Origin: Anthoceros angustus
Taxonomy: Eukaryota > Plantae > Anthocerotophyta
Length of the DNA: 64,000 nucleotides
NCBI GenBank assembly: GCA_010909165.1
Contig: VJWM01000193.1
Coordinates: forward strand, 351,058 to 415,057
Reading direction: 5' to 3'
Part shown: positions 1 through 12,096 of the stretch, in pieces
How the letters are laid out: the number at the start of each line of letters is the position of its first letter
How positions within the stretch are numbered: the stretch's first letter is position 1
The notes under the pieces: model-generated
The model's database searches: none
Told to the model about the DNA's origin: nothing
Seen by the model: only the letters and a program-made list of their open reading frames with translations
Position numbers and translations under genes: made by a program

Positions 1-211
1 TGCTGATCCATCCGAATAGTTACGCCCTTTTAGGTCTCAATTTAGGCTCCAGGTTATGCTGCCGAACCCCGTATCTGCTGCGGGATCAGGAGGGGGAGAT
101 CTGTGGATTTGGCAACAGATCGTAGCTTCGGGGGCGGCATTTGCTCCTTCCAGACCGACGAAGGTGTCAGGGTGTGATTTGCGCTAGAAATGGTGATGGT
201 CGTGTAGCACA

Positions 212-3200
212 ATGTCGGAGGGTGGCGAGGGCCGTGCGTCCAACGAGGCCTCGTCGTTCGCTATGGACCAGAGCGTTGATTTGCTGGCCTCGATAGGTGA
301 GGCCTGTGACTTGGAATGTCATCTCGATCTGGCGGACATCGGCGAGGATTGGGTGTCGCTCATGATGCTGGATGCCGGATCTGACTCAATCCCTGTTTCA
401 GGAGACATTTCGTTCTCGGATATCTCTTGCACGGAGGTTGGGCCGAGTAATTGCTCAAGAGAGCAGGTGCACGATGGTTCAGGGTCGGACTCAGGCAGTC
501 AGAGCCTATTCCCAGCCGATACGCTCTGGGATGGCATCGAGTCTGGCGGCACTTCTGCAACCAGCTCCCTCTTTATGTCTAAGGATGGCTCCGATTCCGA
601 TCTGGTTTTTGACACTTCAAGCAACCAGTTGTTTGCTCATCTGCAGAGCAATTTCCCACACATCTCGTTGAGGAATTCCCCGGTCACAGGCTCTCCATTT
701 AGTCACATGTCTTTCTCCTCTCCTGAGGATGCCTCTAGTTGGCCCTCACCTCACTCGTCATTCATGGAAACGGAAGGCAGCAGCGGGTTCCTGATTGATG
801 CCGATCTTGCTCTGGAGTGCCTGACAGACCAAGTGGTAGGCTTTCCCGGATCAGACTTGCCGAATCGTTCTGCTGAGGTCGTGCATTTTGCAGACACCTG
901 TGCTGCCGATGGTGTTAAAAACCAGATTTGTGAAGCAAATTCTGGCCAGGGAATCACTCCTTCTGGTTCTCAGCTTGTGGTGTTATCATCACAATCAAAT
1001 TCTGCTACTTCCTCATCAGGCTCCGCGGGCGGCCGTGTTGACAAAGGCTCTCCACGATGTGGGTCTATCGATGTATTGCGACCTGGCGAGGACCACGACG
1101 AGAGCCCTATATCGTCTATGAATCCTATCTCATCAGGAAAGACTGGGGACAGGCATTGCACCAGGCTAGAGGGACGCGTGGATCAGCCGGACACCAGAGA
1201 AGAAAATATGCGTGATGGCAATGGGGAGGCGCCTAGGACGCGAAGATATGAGATGGGGGTTGTGTCTTCAGACGAAAGGCTAGGGGAATCCTATCGTGAC
1301 AGGCCCAAGGTAAGGACTAAATCTGCAAGGAAGACTGAAATGAATCGGATTTCCTGTGAGGGGGTTCTCCTGGCCCTGAAGTGATGCTTGACATCTGACC
1401 ATGACCTGTGTGTTTTGTAGGGCGATAATGGAAACGTCCCTGACATCAAGTGTGAGAAGGAGCTGGAGAACGACTTGGTTCACGTGGAAGCCTCTGACGA
1501 CAGCTCTCCGATTGTTCCCTCACGATGGAAGTACACATCCAAGAGTGCTCTGAGTGCTGAAGAAAAAGAACAGACATCAAAGGGTACAAAGCGAAAAGGA
1601 GAAGATAGATCTCTACCGAGGCCAAGTGGGTCCGCATGCTCTGATGGTCAGCATAGTGACGTGAGTGATGGAGACAAGAAAGACACTGCAGGAGATGCAG
1701 GAGACGCAGGAGAAGAAGACGATGAGAAGAGGAAGGCTCGGCTAATGAGAAATCGTGAGAGTGCGCAGCAATCTAGGCAAAGAAAGAAGATTTATGTGGA
1801 TGAATTGGAGCAGAAGCTTAGGACTATGGCTGCCACGATTGCAGAGCTCAATGCCACCATCAATCATCTCACTGCAGAGAATGTGAACCTCAGGAGGCAG
1901 CTGGGCTATCTATTCCAGCCCAATCCTGCGTTAGCTGGGAGACCTCCTGTGATGGCTCCACCATTGGTTCCTCTACCTCCTTATCCTGGCATGTATGGCA
2001 TGCGACCAATGATCCCGGGTGTCCCTGCCCCACCAATACCAATACCAAGGCTGAAACCACAGTCTTCAGTGTCCAAAACCACGAAGAAAGCAGCAAAGGC
2101 ACCAGCAGCTGGTGAGGATGTGGGCAGCAATAAGAAGAGGAGGAGGAAAGCTGCCAAGGCAGCATCCGTTGGTATTCTGGGTCTTTTCTGCTTCATTATG
2201 GTAATTGGCCCATATAGCTGGGGCCAATCTGAGCTTGAAAGCAGCCGGAGGTTGGAACACAGCAACATGGCCAGGGTCGGCAGAGTGCTGAACAGTTGGG
2301 AGGATGAGCATGAGCCGAGGGGTTATTGGCTTCCGGTCATGTCAAGTTGGTCCAGGTCTTTCAGGTGGTCAACAAGACAATATGATACAGATCCAAGCGT
2401 TGAGTCCCTGCATGAACGAAGAAGCCCTTACAGATCTAGGGATCTCTCCTTTTCCAAACAAGTGAATAGGGAGAGCATCAAGAGAGTGATGAGAAATGCT
2501 ACTAACATAAGCGGGAGGGCCACTTCTAGGCAGGTGAAAGCCCGCAGGAGAGAAAATGATGGAGAAAGTCCAGTTGGCACTGGCAGTAAACAAAAAGCAG
2601 AAGTAAATTCATCTGCAGTTTTCATAGGTGGGATGCTGTTTGCAAATGCAAGTGAGCCCTTTCCAGCATCCTTATCAGTTCCACGCAATAACCAGCTTGT
2701 GACGATAGAAGGTAGTCTCATCATCCAAGCAATCATAGCTGGGGATCAAGCTGCTGCTATGAGACATTCTAATCCAAGGAACATGAAGGAAGGGAAGGAC
2801 AGCAGTGGCAAAGTCTTGCAAGGTGCACCAAAGCATCTTCTGGAAGGACAAGAGGAACAAGGACTAGCGCTTGAAGGTACTAGTCGGCAGGTTCTTCAGG
2901 AGGTATCCCCCAAGTTATCTGGTGAACAGGGAAGTGGAGCACCTGACAAGGGGTTGGTGAGAGCGTCTGCTGTAAAACCACAGGCTCTCTCGGCGAAGCA
3001 AGAGGCGACATACACCAGTAAGTTGTCTCCTGCAATCAAATCAGGATATCATTTTTCTCAGCTGATTATGGATGATGTCACAGGTGCATCTCTGCCTCCT
3101 GGTTCATGAAGCATTAGGCATAGTCGTTGTGGTCGTCGTGTTAGGTGTCATGTCCACTGTCAAGGGTAGTATCAGATGCATCTCATTTTCTAGAGATCAA

Positions 3201-3687
3201 AATTTATTTGGAAAGCTGACGGTTGGGCGTGTTCATTGCAGGTCTAGGGTTAAGTACTGGCATCTGCACTGAAGTATTCCAGTTTGATGCAACTCCTGTT
3301 GTAGGTCATGTTGCAAGACCGCGCGCTGCAAGATCGGACGCTACACAGAACAGTACCGACAACAAAGATCAGAGCCGCAATCGTCGGGGCAGAAGAGATC
3401 CTTTTGCCATCCCCCTGCCACCTGCCCAAACCCAGGCCTCTGAGTTGAGAAATAAGACGCATGACCGGACGATCTCTGGAGACGAGGGGTTCAAGGGAAA
3501 ATCTTCGATGGTGGTTTCCGTCTTCACTGCTCTCCAAGATCTGAAAGACGAGGAGAGGACAGTGGCGAATGGGGCTAAAGGGGGCACAAAGATCTTTGTT
3601 GTCATCCTTGTTGATGGTGTGAAGTACGTGACTTACTCCTGTCCACTGCCTCCGAGCAAGTCCCATCCGCAGGTTGTGGCTGGGTAG
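212..3687 (+). CDS. bZIP17: Membrane-tethered ER-stress bZIP transcription factor, bZIP17/28/49 (ATF6-like) family; 3 exons: 212-1309, 1421-3083, 3242-3687 (1068 aa)
   Basis: Basic region KRKARLMRNRESAQQSRQRKKIYVDELE plus leucine zipper; TM segment ASVGILGLFCFIMVIGP; lumenal family motifs GICTEVFQFD and IFVVILVDGVKYVTYSC. GT-AG introns at 1310-1420 (phase 0) and 3084-3241 (phase 1) join three ORFs in frame (3207 nt). Which of bZIP17/28/49 it is closest to cannot be resolved here. Confidence 0.92.
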
Positions 3688-4517
3688 CAAGCATCTTGGT
3701 GAGCAGACAGGTTGTCGGTGCCAAATCTGCCTTGGGGCTGTGCTGTGGCTATGGGGGAATTGCTGGCGAGTTCGTGGCAGTGCTCGTATCATGTAAGTCT
3801 CTTTCCGGGGGTTTTTTTCTGTCACGGTGTTTGACACCTTGGCAGCTAAGTTTCTGTGCTAGCATAACTTTGAGAAGCTGAAGCAGAACCAGCTTCCTTC
3901 GTGATGGGGGTCACTGATAACGGGCTTGTGTTGTGTGCTTGCAGGGTCCATTACAACCCTCTAGATTCTATTGTACAGAAAGCTCAGTTTAGCACATGTG
4001 GCTAGCTGCAACGGCCCTCTCAAATGCGGGACTGTGCATAGAGCTGGTCGCAGGCCAAACCTCTTAATATTTGATACAGAGAGCCGTGTCCTAGCATGTA
4101 TTCGATGCAGAGAGTCGTGTCCTATCGCAACGGAAGATCTGCAGTACTTTTCGGTTGGCCTGCTTGCATTTCGGTTGGCCGGCTTGCGTGTCGGTGGAGA
4201 GTGAGAGTCTTGCATTCCGTGCCACTGCTGGAATAGTCATTTCCTCGACAGCTTCCATCGCATGACTCGGTCTTGCGTCCCACGAGGCCCGGTCAGTCGA
4301 ATTGGGAGCCCACATGATTTTGACCCCCCAGCTGACCAAACTGTATTGTTCTGGGTGATGATCGCGGCAAGCCCGCCGTCCCCACGGTAGTTATACATAC
4401 ACATACGTACATATGTGTGATTGCTATAACCCGGTAAATAAAATGACCTTAGAAAATATAAAGAGTGAGAGCAATGGATTCTCATAGAATTACCCTGTCC
4501 ATGTAGGTAGACCATAT

Positions 4518-4695
4518 AACGCCGTGATTAAGCATCCTGAGCTTAGATCGGTACTTAGATGGGGTGCCTAAAGGGAGTGGATGCCCTTGGTGCAAGTAGC
4601 TTAGGCACACCATGGTACAAGTTGTCAAGTACCAAGTCCCATGACGGAAATCCGTCCTTAGTGGACTCAAATAAAATTCTTCTTCTTCTTCTTCT
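4518..4695 (+). mobile_element. Short retroposon / 5'-truncated non-LTR element 3' end with AATAAAA + (TTC)n tail (copy A)
   Basis: Near-identical to 44733-45024 and homologous to 43294-43511 (- strand); ends AAATAAAATTCTTCTTCTTCTTCTT. Confidence 0.7.
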
Positions 4696-5448
4696 GCCCG
4701 AGCTTGAAATATAGCTGCAAATATAATTCTTTGATTTTAGGGATTATGTATTAGTACAAATCTACTAACATAAATAAAGTTGTTGTTGTTGTTGTGGTGC
4801 AGTCCTGGTGCATCTGACTTTTTCTTTCATGAGAAGTAATTAATTGCTCACGCCACCATTTGCTCTCACCATATGTTGGATATGATCACATGCATAGCAA
4901 AGGCAAGCACTTACCTGTATATCATGCTCTATCTTCTCTAAAAATCTTTCTACTATCATGGGCTTATAAATGGTCTTCTTGAATTAGTTTTAAAAAATCT
5001 TCATCCAAATGCGTACCTCCACGGTCATGTCTCCAATCAGGGAAGCCCAGTAAATTCTCAATTGGCTTAGCGATGTCTACAAATTGGTAATATGGATCCA
5101 CGCGCATGTTTACATATCTACATGTGTATTCCGTGGGTTAGAGGCTATTTTGCCTTACAAAGCAATGGGGCCTGCCATCAATGCCTCTGTTGTCTCATAG
5201 CTTCGCACGGAATGCGATGCTGGTGCGTGCGACATCAACTTGTCTATGGTGTGGATCGTGATGCTGGTGTGGTTGTGCGATCCACTGCAATGCCAAAGTG
5301 TCGAAATGTGTGGCCGCTCCAACAGCAAAATGCCGGCCACGGGGTGCACTGCGAGGCTGTGGTGGCAATGATGTGTTCCTTCCGCTGAATAAGGGTCTCA
5401 TTTTCCTAGCATCCTGCTGCATACAAGTGGCCTTTCATGGCGATTATA

Positions 5449-5650
5449 ATGGATCAGCCTGTTTCGGGATTACAGTATTTGGTCGATGAGCTTACAAAGG
5501 ACAACCTGGTGCATTTCAGCAATGTTCCTTTGCTTGTGCAGGTGGTTGGGTATAAGAAGGGTGTGTCGAAGTTGTATCACGATTGTTTGATTTGTAGCAC
5601 TGCCATTCGAAGGGATAGAGTGTGCAAAAAATGTGGGCACGAGGATGCTG
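5449..5650 (+). pseudogene. Fragment resembling the RPA70 C-terminal OB-fold zinc ribbon (Helitron-type RPA or captured fragment)
   Basis: KLYHDCLICSTAIRRDRVCKKCGHED fits the Y-x-x-C-x2-C-x(n)-C-x2-C pattern; no complete gene context. Confidence 0.35.
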
Positions 5651-5859
5651 GCCAGAGCCTACCTCCCTTGAGGCCTGCTGCCGTTCTTCAAGGCTCCCTC
5701 GGACCTTACCCACATCGGAGTTATCACCACTCCTACGCAGCTTGGCTGGATAAGCCTTATTATCCACGCATATCCCTTATTTCTCACACAAATCCTCAAA
5801 AAAAAATGAAAAACCCCCTTACTAATCGATCCGATGGGGAGTCAAATCATCTGTCCCTT

Positions 5860-7170
5860 GTCCACACCGCCTACCTGTCAACCTCTTCTTAGTCAAAAGA
5901 CATCTAAACTTCAAATGCTTGTGGTAAGCCTCAATGCTGCTATCGCAATTTGGCCAGCCTGTGGAACTTCCCTAGTTGCTTTAATCCACAATACCATGTT
6001 ATGGCACCATTGCCATTTGAAACATGCAATAAAAGCAGGCTTAGTAGTTCCATATATAGTATAAAACAAATTGAGGTCTCAAGGGCTTTAGCTACATCAC
6101 TTTCTCATTCATCCATGTACACAATCTTGCCTAATGTACTCATCAAGTCTCCTTTGGTGGCCTTGGTCTTCACTTTCTTCAATAACTATCGTAGAAAAAT
6201 ACGCCTAACATGACACAAACATAAGAATACGACTGTACCTTTGCCGAATACTTGTTGTATGACATTGATTTTGGCTGCAATCATCAACTAAGAAGGCATT
6301 CGAGTTCCAAGCACTGTTGGACTTCTCAATGACTTGTTTCATAGCCGGCAACCACCCACCAATATTATCCACAGCCGTTGTCAGATATGATCCACGTTAC
6401 AAGTATCTCATTCATATGATCATCAAATACTAACAATGTGAATAGTTGAAACTTCCACTTATTAGTCTCGAAAGTGGCATCCAGGGACACAATCGAGTTG
6501 TGTCCCCACTGAAAAATAGCAAAGTGTTGAAATGTAGTTTGGACACCTAATACAAAATGAAACACCTTTGATGGCTTACGAGATGAAGAAAAAAAACGTC
6601 GCTATTGTGAAGATCCACTCATATTTTCACTCTTTTCTCGTCGATATTATGAAGTCTCCAAGTACTACAATCTAGCTCTGCCTGCATGTTTCTGACATCC
6701 TTGGGCAATAAAAAATCATCACCAACCAACTACACGTTAGGGAGATCTTTTTTCCGCTAATAGACATCTATCTCATGGTTACACATAATCTAGTAATTAT
6801 TGACTTTACACAATAACTTATGTTTAACGCACTCCCGCTTAGCTGCGGATAAACTTGGTGCCAATGTGATATTAGGAGGGGCATCGCATGCCAACAAACC
6901 ATGGCAAAAATCATCATTACTATCTACATCATGCCCCTCATGAAAGCGTATCCCAGCTACTTTGGGCCATAGCAACAACCTGCTAATGAAGAGTAGAAAC
7001 TTACACCCTCGCTTTCTACTCTCACCCGCTTTCACACGAAATTTTCTACTCCCTTCCCCTGTCCGCAGATGTTGTGCGACATCAATAAAAGTTTCCTTTC
7101 CTTTCAGCTATAGGTCACCCCTCATGTACCCACAAACATATTTCATTGCGGGCAGTTTTCAAGTGTGCAT
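5860..7170 (-). mobile_element. Degenerate MULE (Mutator-like) transposase, At1g60560/At4g13970-like zinc-binding subfamily
   Basis: Minus-strand pieces KRGCKFLLFISRLLLWPKVAGIRFHEGHDVDSNDDFCHG, LGVQT...GHNSIVSLDATFETNKWKFQLFTLLVFD, NAFLVDD and DSSIEAYHKHLK give the D-D-E triad in order, broken by stops and frameshifts. Confidence 0.8.
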
Positions 7171-8880
7171 TGAAGCGCATTTTCAGCTTTGACCAATGCA
7201 CTGAATTAATGATGTCGGATTGAAATTGTCACTATGCAAGTGTTAATTGATGATGAATTGAATTGATGTCGAACATGGCTAATCAGTGCCCGTTGTCCAT
7301 CCAACATCCGATTGTGGGCACTTTAGCAAAGAGGACCGTTTTTAGATAGAAGCTAAACATACAGTTCAAACTGTTGCCACCAATGTGAAATTAGCTTATA
7401 TTCCTTGGGAAATATGATTTTCTTGCAGGTGAAGCATCAAATTCAATGTTTCTGACAAAGCTATTAAAATGGGACATCTAGAATCGAAAAGGAGATAGAA
7501 AGAATAAGGTATTTCCCACATCCGCAAATAAATACAAAAAACTACAAGTAATAGGGTGTGAAAGCTACATAATATTTTAAATTCATTAAGGGAAGTCGAT
7601 CCCCCATCCGGACACTGATCCACCCTCTCGGGTTAACTGTGACTTCGGATCCGGACGACTGATGGACATTGATGAGACTTATCAGCTGAGCAGGGATGCA
7701 AAAGCGGCGAGTGAGGAGTATCTTGCCCATAGTGCCCAGTCCATAGCAGTCCTGAGGCAAAAGATTGAGGTGTCCATACATAAATATATGTCTTTGTGGG
7801 GCTCGAGGCCCAAGGCTTCCTTTTCTTGGTAGTAAGGTTGGCTTGTAATGGGGGTTGATATTAGACCATGAGCACACCCATGATCCGCGAGGGATTGTGA
7901 GCATCCTGGTTTGCATCATTTTGGTGCGAAAACGAAAAAGGCTATGTGAGCCTGTGCCCTGGCAGCCTTGCTATGACGCAACTGGTTAGCATTCTCCTCA
8001 CGTGGAGCGATACCATTCTTTGGAGAGATATTCACCTTATTCGTTGCTTCGTGTCTGCAAATCTGTTGCTTACATTAAATTAATGTAAGCAACAGATTCT
8101 TGGCCTTGGCCATAAATGCACTCTTGGCCTTGAGCTCATTAATGTAGGTCCGTTGCTCTTGAGCTCATATATCCGCCCCGGGCCCATACCCACAATACTC
8201 AAGCCGCCTATGTTTCTGGACAATCGTGACCCGAGGCCCGAGGGCGTTCGTACATCGTACGATCTAGATCCCATATGGTCATCATGCAATTCAAGCCACA
8301 CCACAACACTGACCGTTTGAGAAACTCTACTTGCCATCTTTAGTCCTCTGTGTTCACGATTTAGTGAACTCGCGCGGAAGTTGGCCAAAGCCAAATTAGG
8401 GCTCATTTTACAACTTAGACTTCGAGGTGTACACACACTGATTAGTATTTGCTTCAGGTATGACAAGAAGATAGACTTTGCAAAAAGATGACTAGGTGAG
8501 TTGCAGCTCTTTCGTAACAACAACTACAGAATCGAGGGACAACTTTGGATAGACACCTTGCTTCTTACTGAGCAAAATGTGAGCCAGTCTTTTTGTCGAT
8601 CATGAAGTTTGTTCAGAATGAATGCAAGGGACTTGTCACTATGCACTCAGTACAGTGTGAAGTTGCACAACAAAGAAACTCAAAAACATACAATTTAAGC
8701 AGGATGTTTAGTTCACACATAGGTCAGCGAGTGACATGACCAACTCGAGCGTTGAGAGCAAGAACAATTAGCAAAATGACAGCCATAGTGAAGTCACAAA
8801 ACAAAACACGACGAGATTGACATGAAAGCATGCCTCCTCTACAATTCTCTCCTCTATCATTTTTCTTGTGCATTCTTATA

Positions 8881-9360
8881 CGGTCGGCCCCCCCTAATTG
8901 GGAACTCTATAAATGGGATTCCTCTCTAAATAGGACCTCCCATCCTACTCCCTTTAGTTTACAATGTAAAACATGATTGGGACCTTTTGAAACATACATT
9001 CATGTTAGTTTCACCTCCCCAAATGAGATTTTCAATTTTTTTACTAAAAAAATTAAAAAATAAAGAAAAAAAAAATCGATACTCTTAAGCTAAGCTTTTC
9101 CTTTATGATAGGTAGAGGTTTTTTAATGCTGATTACAGAGAGTGCTAGCTTTCAGGCAACTATATAGAGAAGTGGTAAAAATTATTTTTAGTGAAACCTA
9201 TCAATCAAAATTTAAATTATCTTTTTAAAGTACTTTTTAATTTTTTTAATTTTATGATATTATTTTATTATTTTTAAATAGGAAAAATGTAATCGGGATA
9301 CCTCCCTTAATGGGACCTCTAAAGGCACTCCGAACAAGTCCCGATTAGGGGCGTGGACTA
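8881..9360. mobile_element. Tc1/mariner (pogo-like) MITE, copy 1, internally deleted
   Basis: Starts TA|CGGTCGGCCCCCCCTAATTGGGA and ends CCCGATTAGGGGCGTGGACTA; colinear with 26007-26525 and 49543-50083. Confidence 0.85.
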
Positions 9361-9826
9361 CATGTAGTATGAAGAAAACAGAATCCAAAGTACAACTTAT
9401 GGAGCCCCAAGAGTTCGAGACAACGAAGGCCGAGTAATCAAGAAGTAGGAGTAATCAGGTAATGGGGACAACCCGGGGGCGTGGACGCGAGTGCCGGGAA
9501 GCGCCCACATGCCTTGACATGCGTTGGTTGTATGTAACATGGTGCATGCGGTGGCATGCAAAGCCATATATACCGGGGGCATCGGTGGCGGGCCCCACTG
9601 CTTTGGGAGGCGCGTGCGTTTACTTTGTAAGGCAAAATAGCCTCTAGTGTTGCGTTGAGGCTGGACGATAAAGGGCAGCGCTTTCCCAATTTCTGAGTTT
9701 CACGCATGCTCGGGGCCGGCGATAGGGTTTCTTTCTTATAGACCGACCCAGCATTCAATCTCACAGGAAAGGGGCCTGACTCTTCATCGCCAGCGGACCG
9801 AGCAGTAGGGCGATCCGACAGTCAAG

Positions 9827-12096
9827 ATGCCGGGGGGAGGGTTTCGCGTGTTGCATCTGGTAAGGCCCTTCCTCTCCGTGCTGCCGGAGGTGCAGACGGC
9901 AGAGCGGAAGGTCCCCTTCAGGGAGAAGGTGATGTACACTGTGGTGTCGCTCTTCATCTTCTTGGTCTGCAGTCAGCTGCCGCTCTATGGGATTCACACG
10001 GCCACGGGCTCAGATCCCTTCGTCTGGCTGCGAGTCATCCTGGCTTCCAACAGGGGAACTGTGATGGAGCTCGGTATCACGCCAATTGTCACCTCGGGGC
10101 TGGTTATGCAGCTCCTCGCCGGCTCCAAGATCATTGAAGTGGACAACAACGTCAAGGAGGACCGGGCTCTTCTGTAAGTCAGCTCAATTTGTAGATCTCC
10201 GAGTTAGGAGCCTCTAAATGTGACGTGTCTGGTCCTGTCAGGTTAGAGCGGCTCTAGATCTGCAGTTTGTGGCTCTGGAGGGAGGGTTTTACTGCCTGAT
10301 TTGCTCTGGACGGAGACACCGCTTCCCTTCTCTTCTTACTGCTTTGATTCCCTCTTTTAGTCCTCAGTACCACGAGTTTGAGGTCTCGGATGTAGTGAAT
10401 CGGTAGAAAGCTTCTCTAATTCCTCGGATCCAGTAATCGTTTGCTGGTTGGGAGCCACATGCGCTAGATCTTGAGCCTAGGGTCGCTGCGCTTTGATCCG
10501 TCCTGCATGTTCGTGTTCTGTGGCAGAAATGGTGCCCAGAAGCTCTTGGGAGTGATGATCACTATTGGAGAAGCCGTAGCGTATGTTCTATCTGGGATGT
10601 ACGGGGATGTCCGAGATCTTGGAGCTGGTAATGCCATTCTCATTATTGCGCAGCTATTTTTCGCTGGCATCATCGTTATCTGTTTGGACGAGCTCCTGCA
10701 GAAGGGATATGGTCTTGGTTCTGGGATCTCCCTGTTTATCGCCACCAACATCTGGTACGAATTCGGCTGTTGCTTGCAGAATGATGTGCAGCTCACCTTG
10801 TCGCTTCACACTTTTCTTGCTGTGCCTCTGCATTACGCGCTGTTGCCTTTTTTTCAAGGGTTCTTATCATAGCTTGCTGTTTTGCCAGTGAAAACATTAT
10901 CTGGAAGGCGTTCAGTCCTACCACCGTCAATAGTGGTCGTGGTGCTGAGTTTGAAGGAGCAGTTATTGCTCTTTTCCATCTCTTGATTACCAGAGCGAAC
11001 AAAGTGCAGGCGCTGAAAGAGGCGTTCTACAGGCAGAACCTTCCCAATGTTACCAATCTGCTGGCGACAGTCATCGTCTTTCTTATCGTTATTTACTTCC
11101 AGGGTTTTCGTGTTGTGCTTCCTGTGCGATCGAAAAGTGCCCGTGGACAACAGGGCTCGTATCCTATTAAGCTATTCTACACCTCCAATATGCCCATCAT
11201 CCTGCAAAGTGCCCTCGTCTCCAATCTGTACTTCATCTCCCAGGTGCGTGCACACCCCTGCTTTCTGTATGGGCTTGGGAGTCTTAGCCACTGTCTTGGA
11301 GCTTCATAGCTGATGGTTTTTGCATTCAGTGACACTCCTCGCCTCGTGATGTGTTGCAGCTGTTATATAAGAAGTACGGAAGCAACTTTATTGTTCAGCT
11401 CCTTGGGAAGTGGAAGGAGACTGAGTACTCATCCAGTGGTCAGCTTTTCCCTGTAGGCGGCCTTGTGTATTACATCACACCTCCAGCCAGGTAAAGGCTC
11501 GTATGAGTGTCCTTGCATGCTGAACAGGTTTTGTGCATCTGAGGTTTTGTGTCGCTTTATGGGCCTTTGAACATGTTTCTGTTGGTGTTGCAGCTTGAAG
11601 GATATTGCGACCAACCCTTTCCATGCGTTGTTCTATCTGACATTTATGCTGACAGCGTGCGCCTTGTTTTCAAAGACTTGGATTGAAGTCTCTGGCTCAT
11701 CAGCTCGTGATGTTGCGAAGCAACTGAAGGTTACCTTCCTCGTCTGCAATCCCAGCCCTTGTGACTGCGTTTTTATGCCAAATAGTCGCTGCTTATGGTC
11801 ATGTATGTGGACCGGAAATCTCCAGAAACTGATTTCTTACTGCTTGCTTTGATCAGGAGCAACAAATGGTGATGCCTGGACACCGGGAATCCAATCTTCA
11901 AAAGGAGCTGAATCGGTACATCCCAACTGCAGCCGCATTCGGTGGAATGTGTATTGGTGCTCTGACCGTTGTGGCGGACTTTATGGGCGCTGTGGGATCT
12001 GGAACAGGCATTTTGCTTGCTGTGACCATCATATACCAGTATTTTGAGACTTTCGATAAGGAAAGAGCAACCGAGCTCGGATTTTTTGGCTTCTAG
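9827..12096 (+). CDS. SEC61A: Protein transport protein Sec61 subunit alpha, conserved copy; exons 9827-10173, 10527-10754, 10889-11243, 11360-11490, 11594-11729, 11857-12096 (478 aa)
   Basis: [91 protein letters not shown]; five GT-AG introns; spliced length 1437 nt, in frame. Confidence 0.97.

Noticed and set aside
7590-7760. Double-psi beta-barrel polymerase-like fragment (KILLTRRFC...VTVNPRG)
   Set aside because: The catalytic DxDGD motif is absent; similarity is too weak.
9400-10230. ERSE/UPRE elements in the Sec61-alpha promoter
   Set aside because: Only isolated CGTGG and an intronic TGACGTG; no correctly spaced CCAAT-N9/10-CCACG seen.
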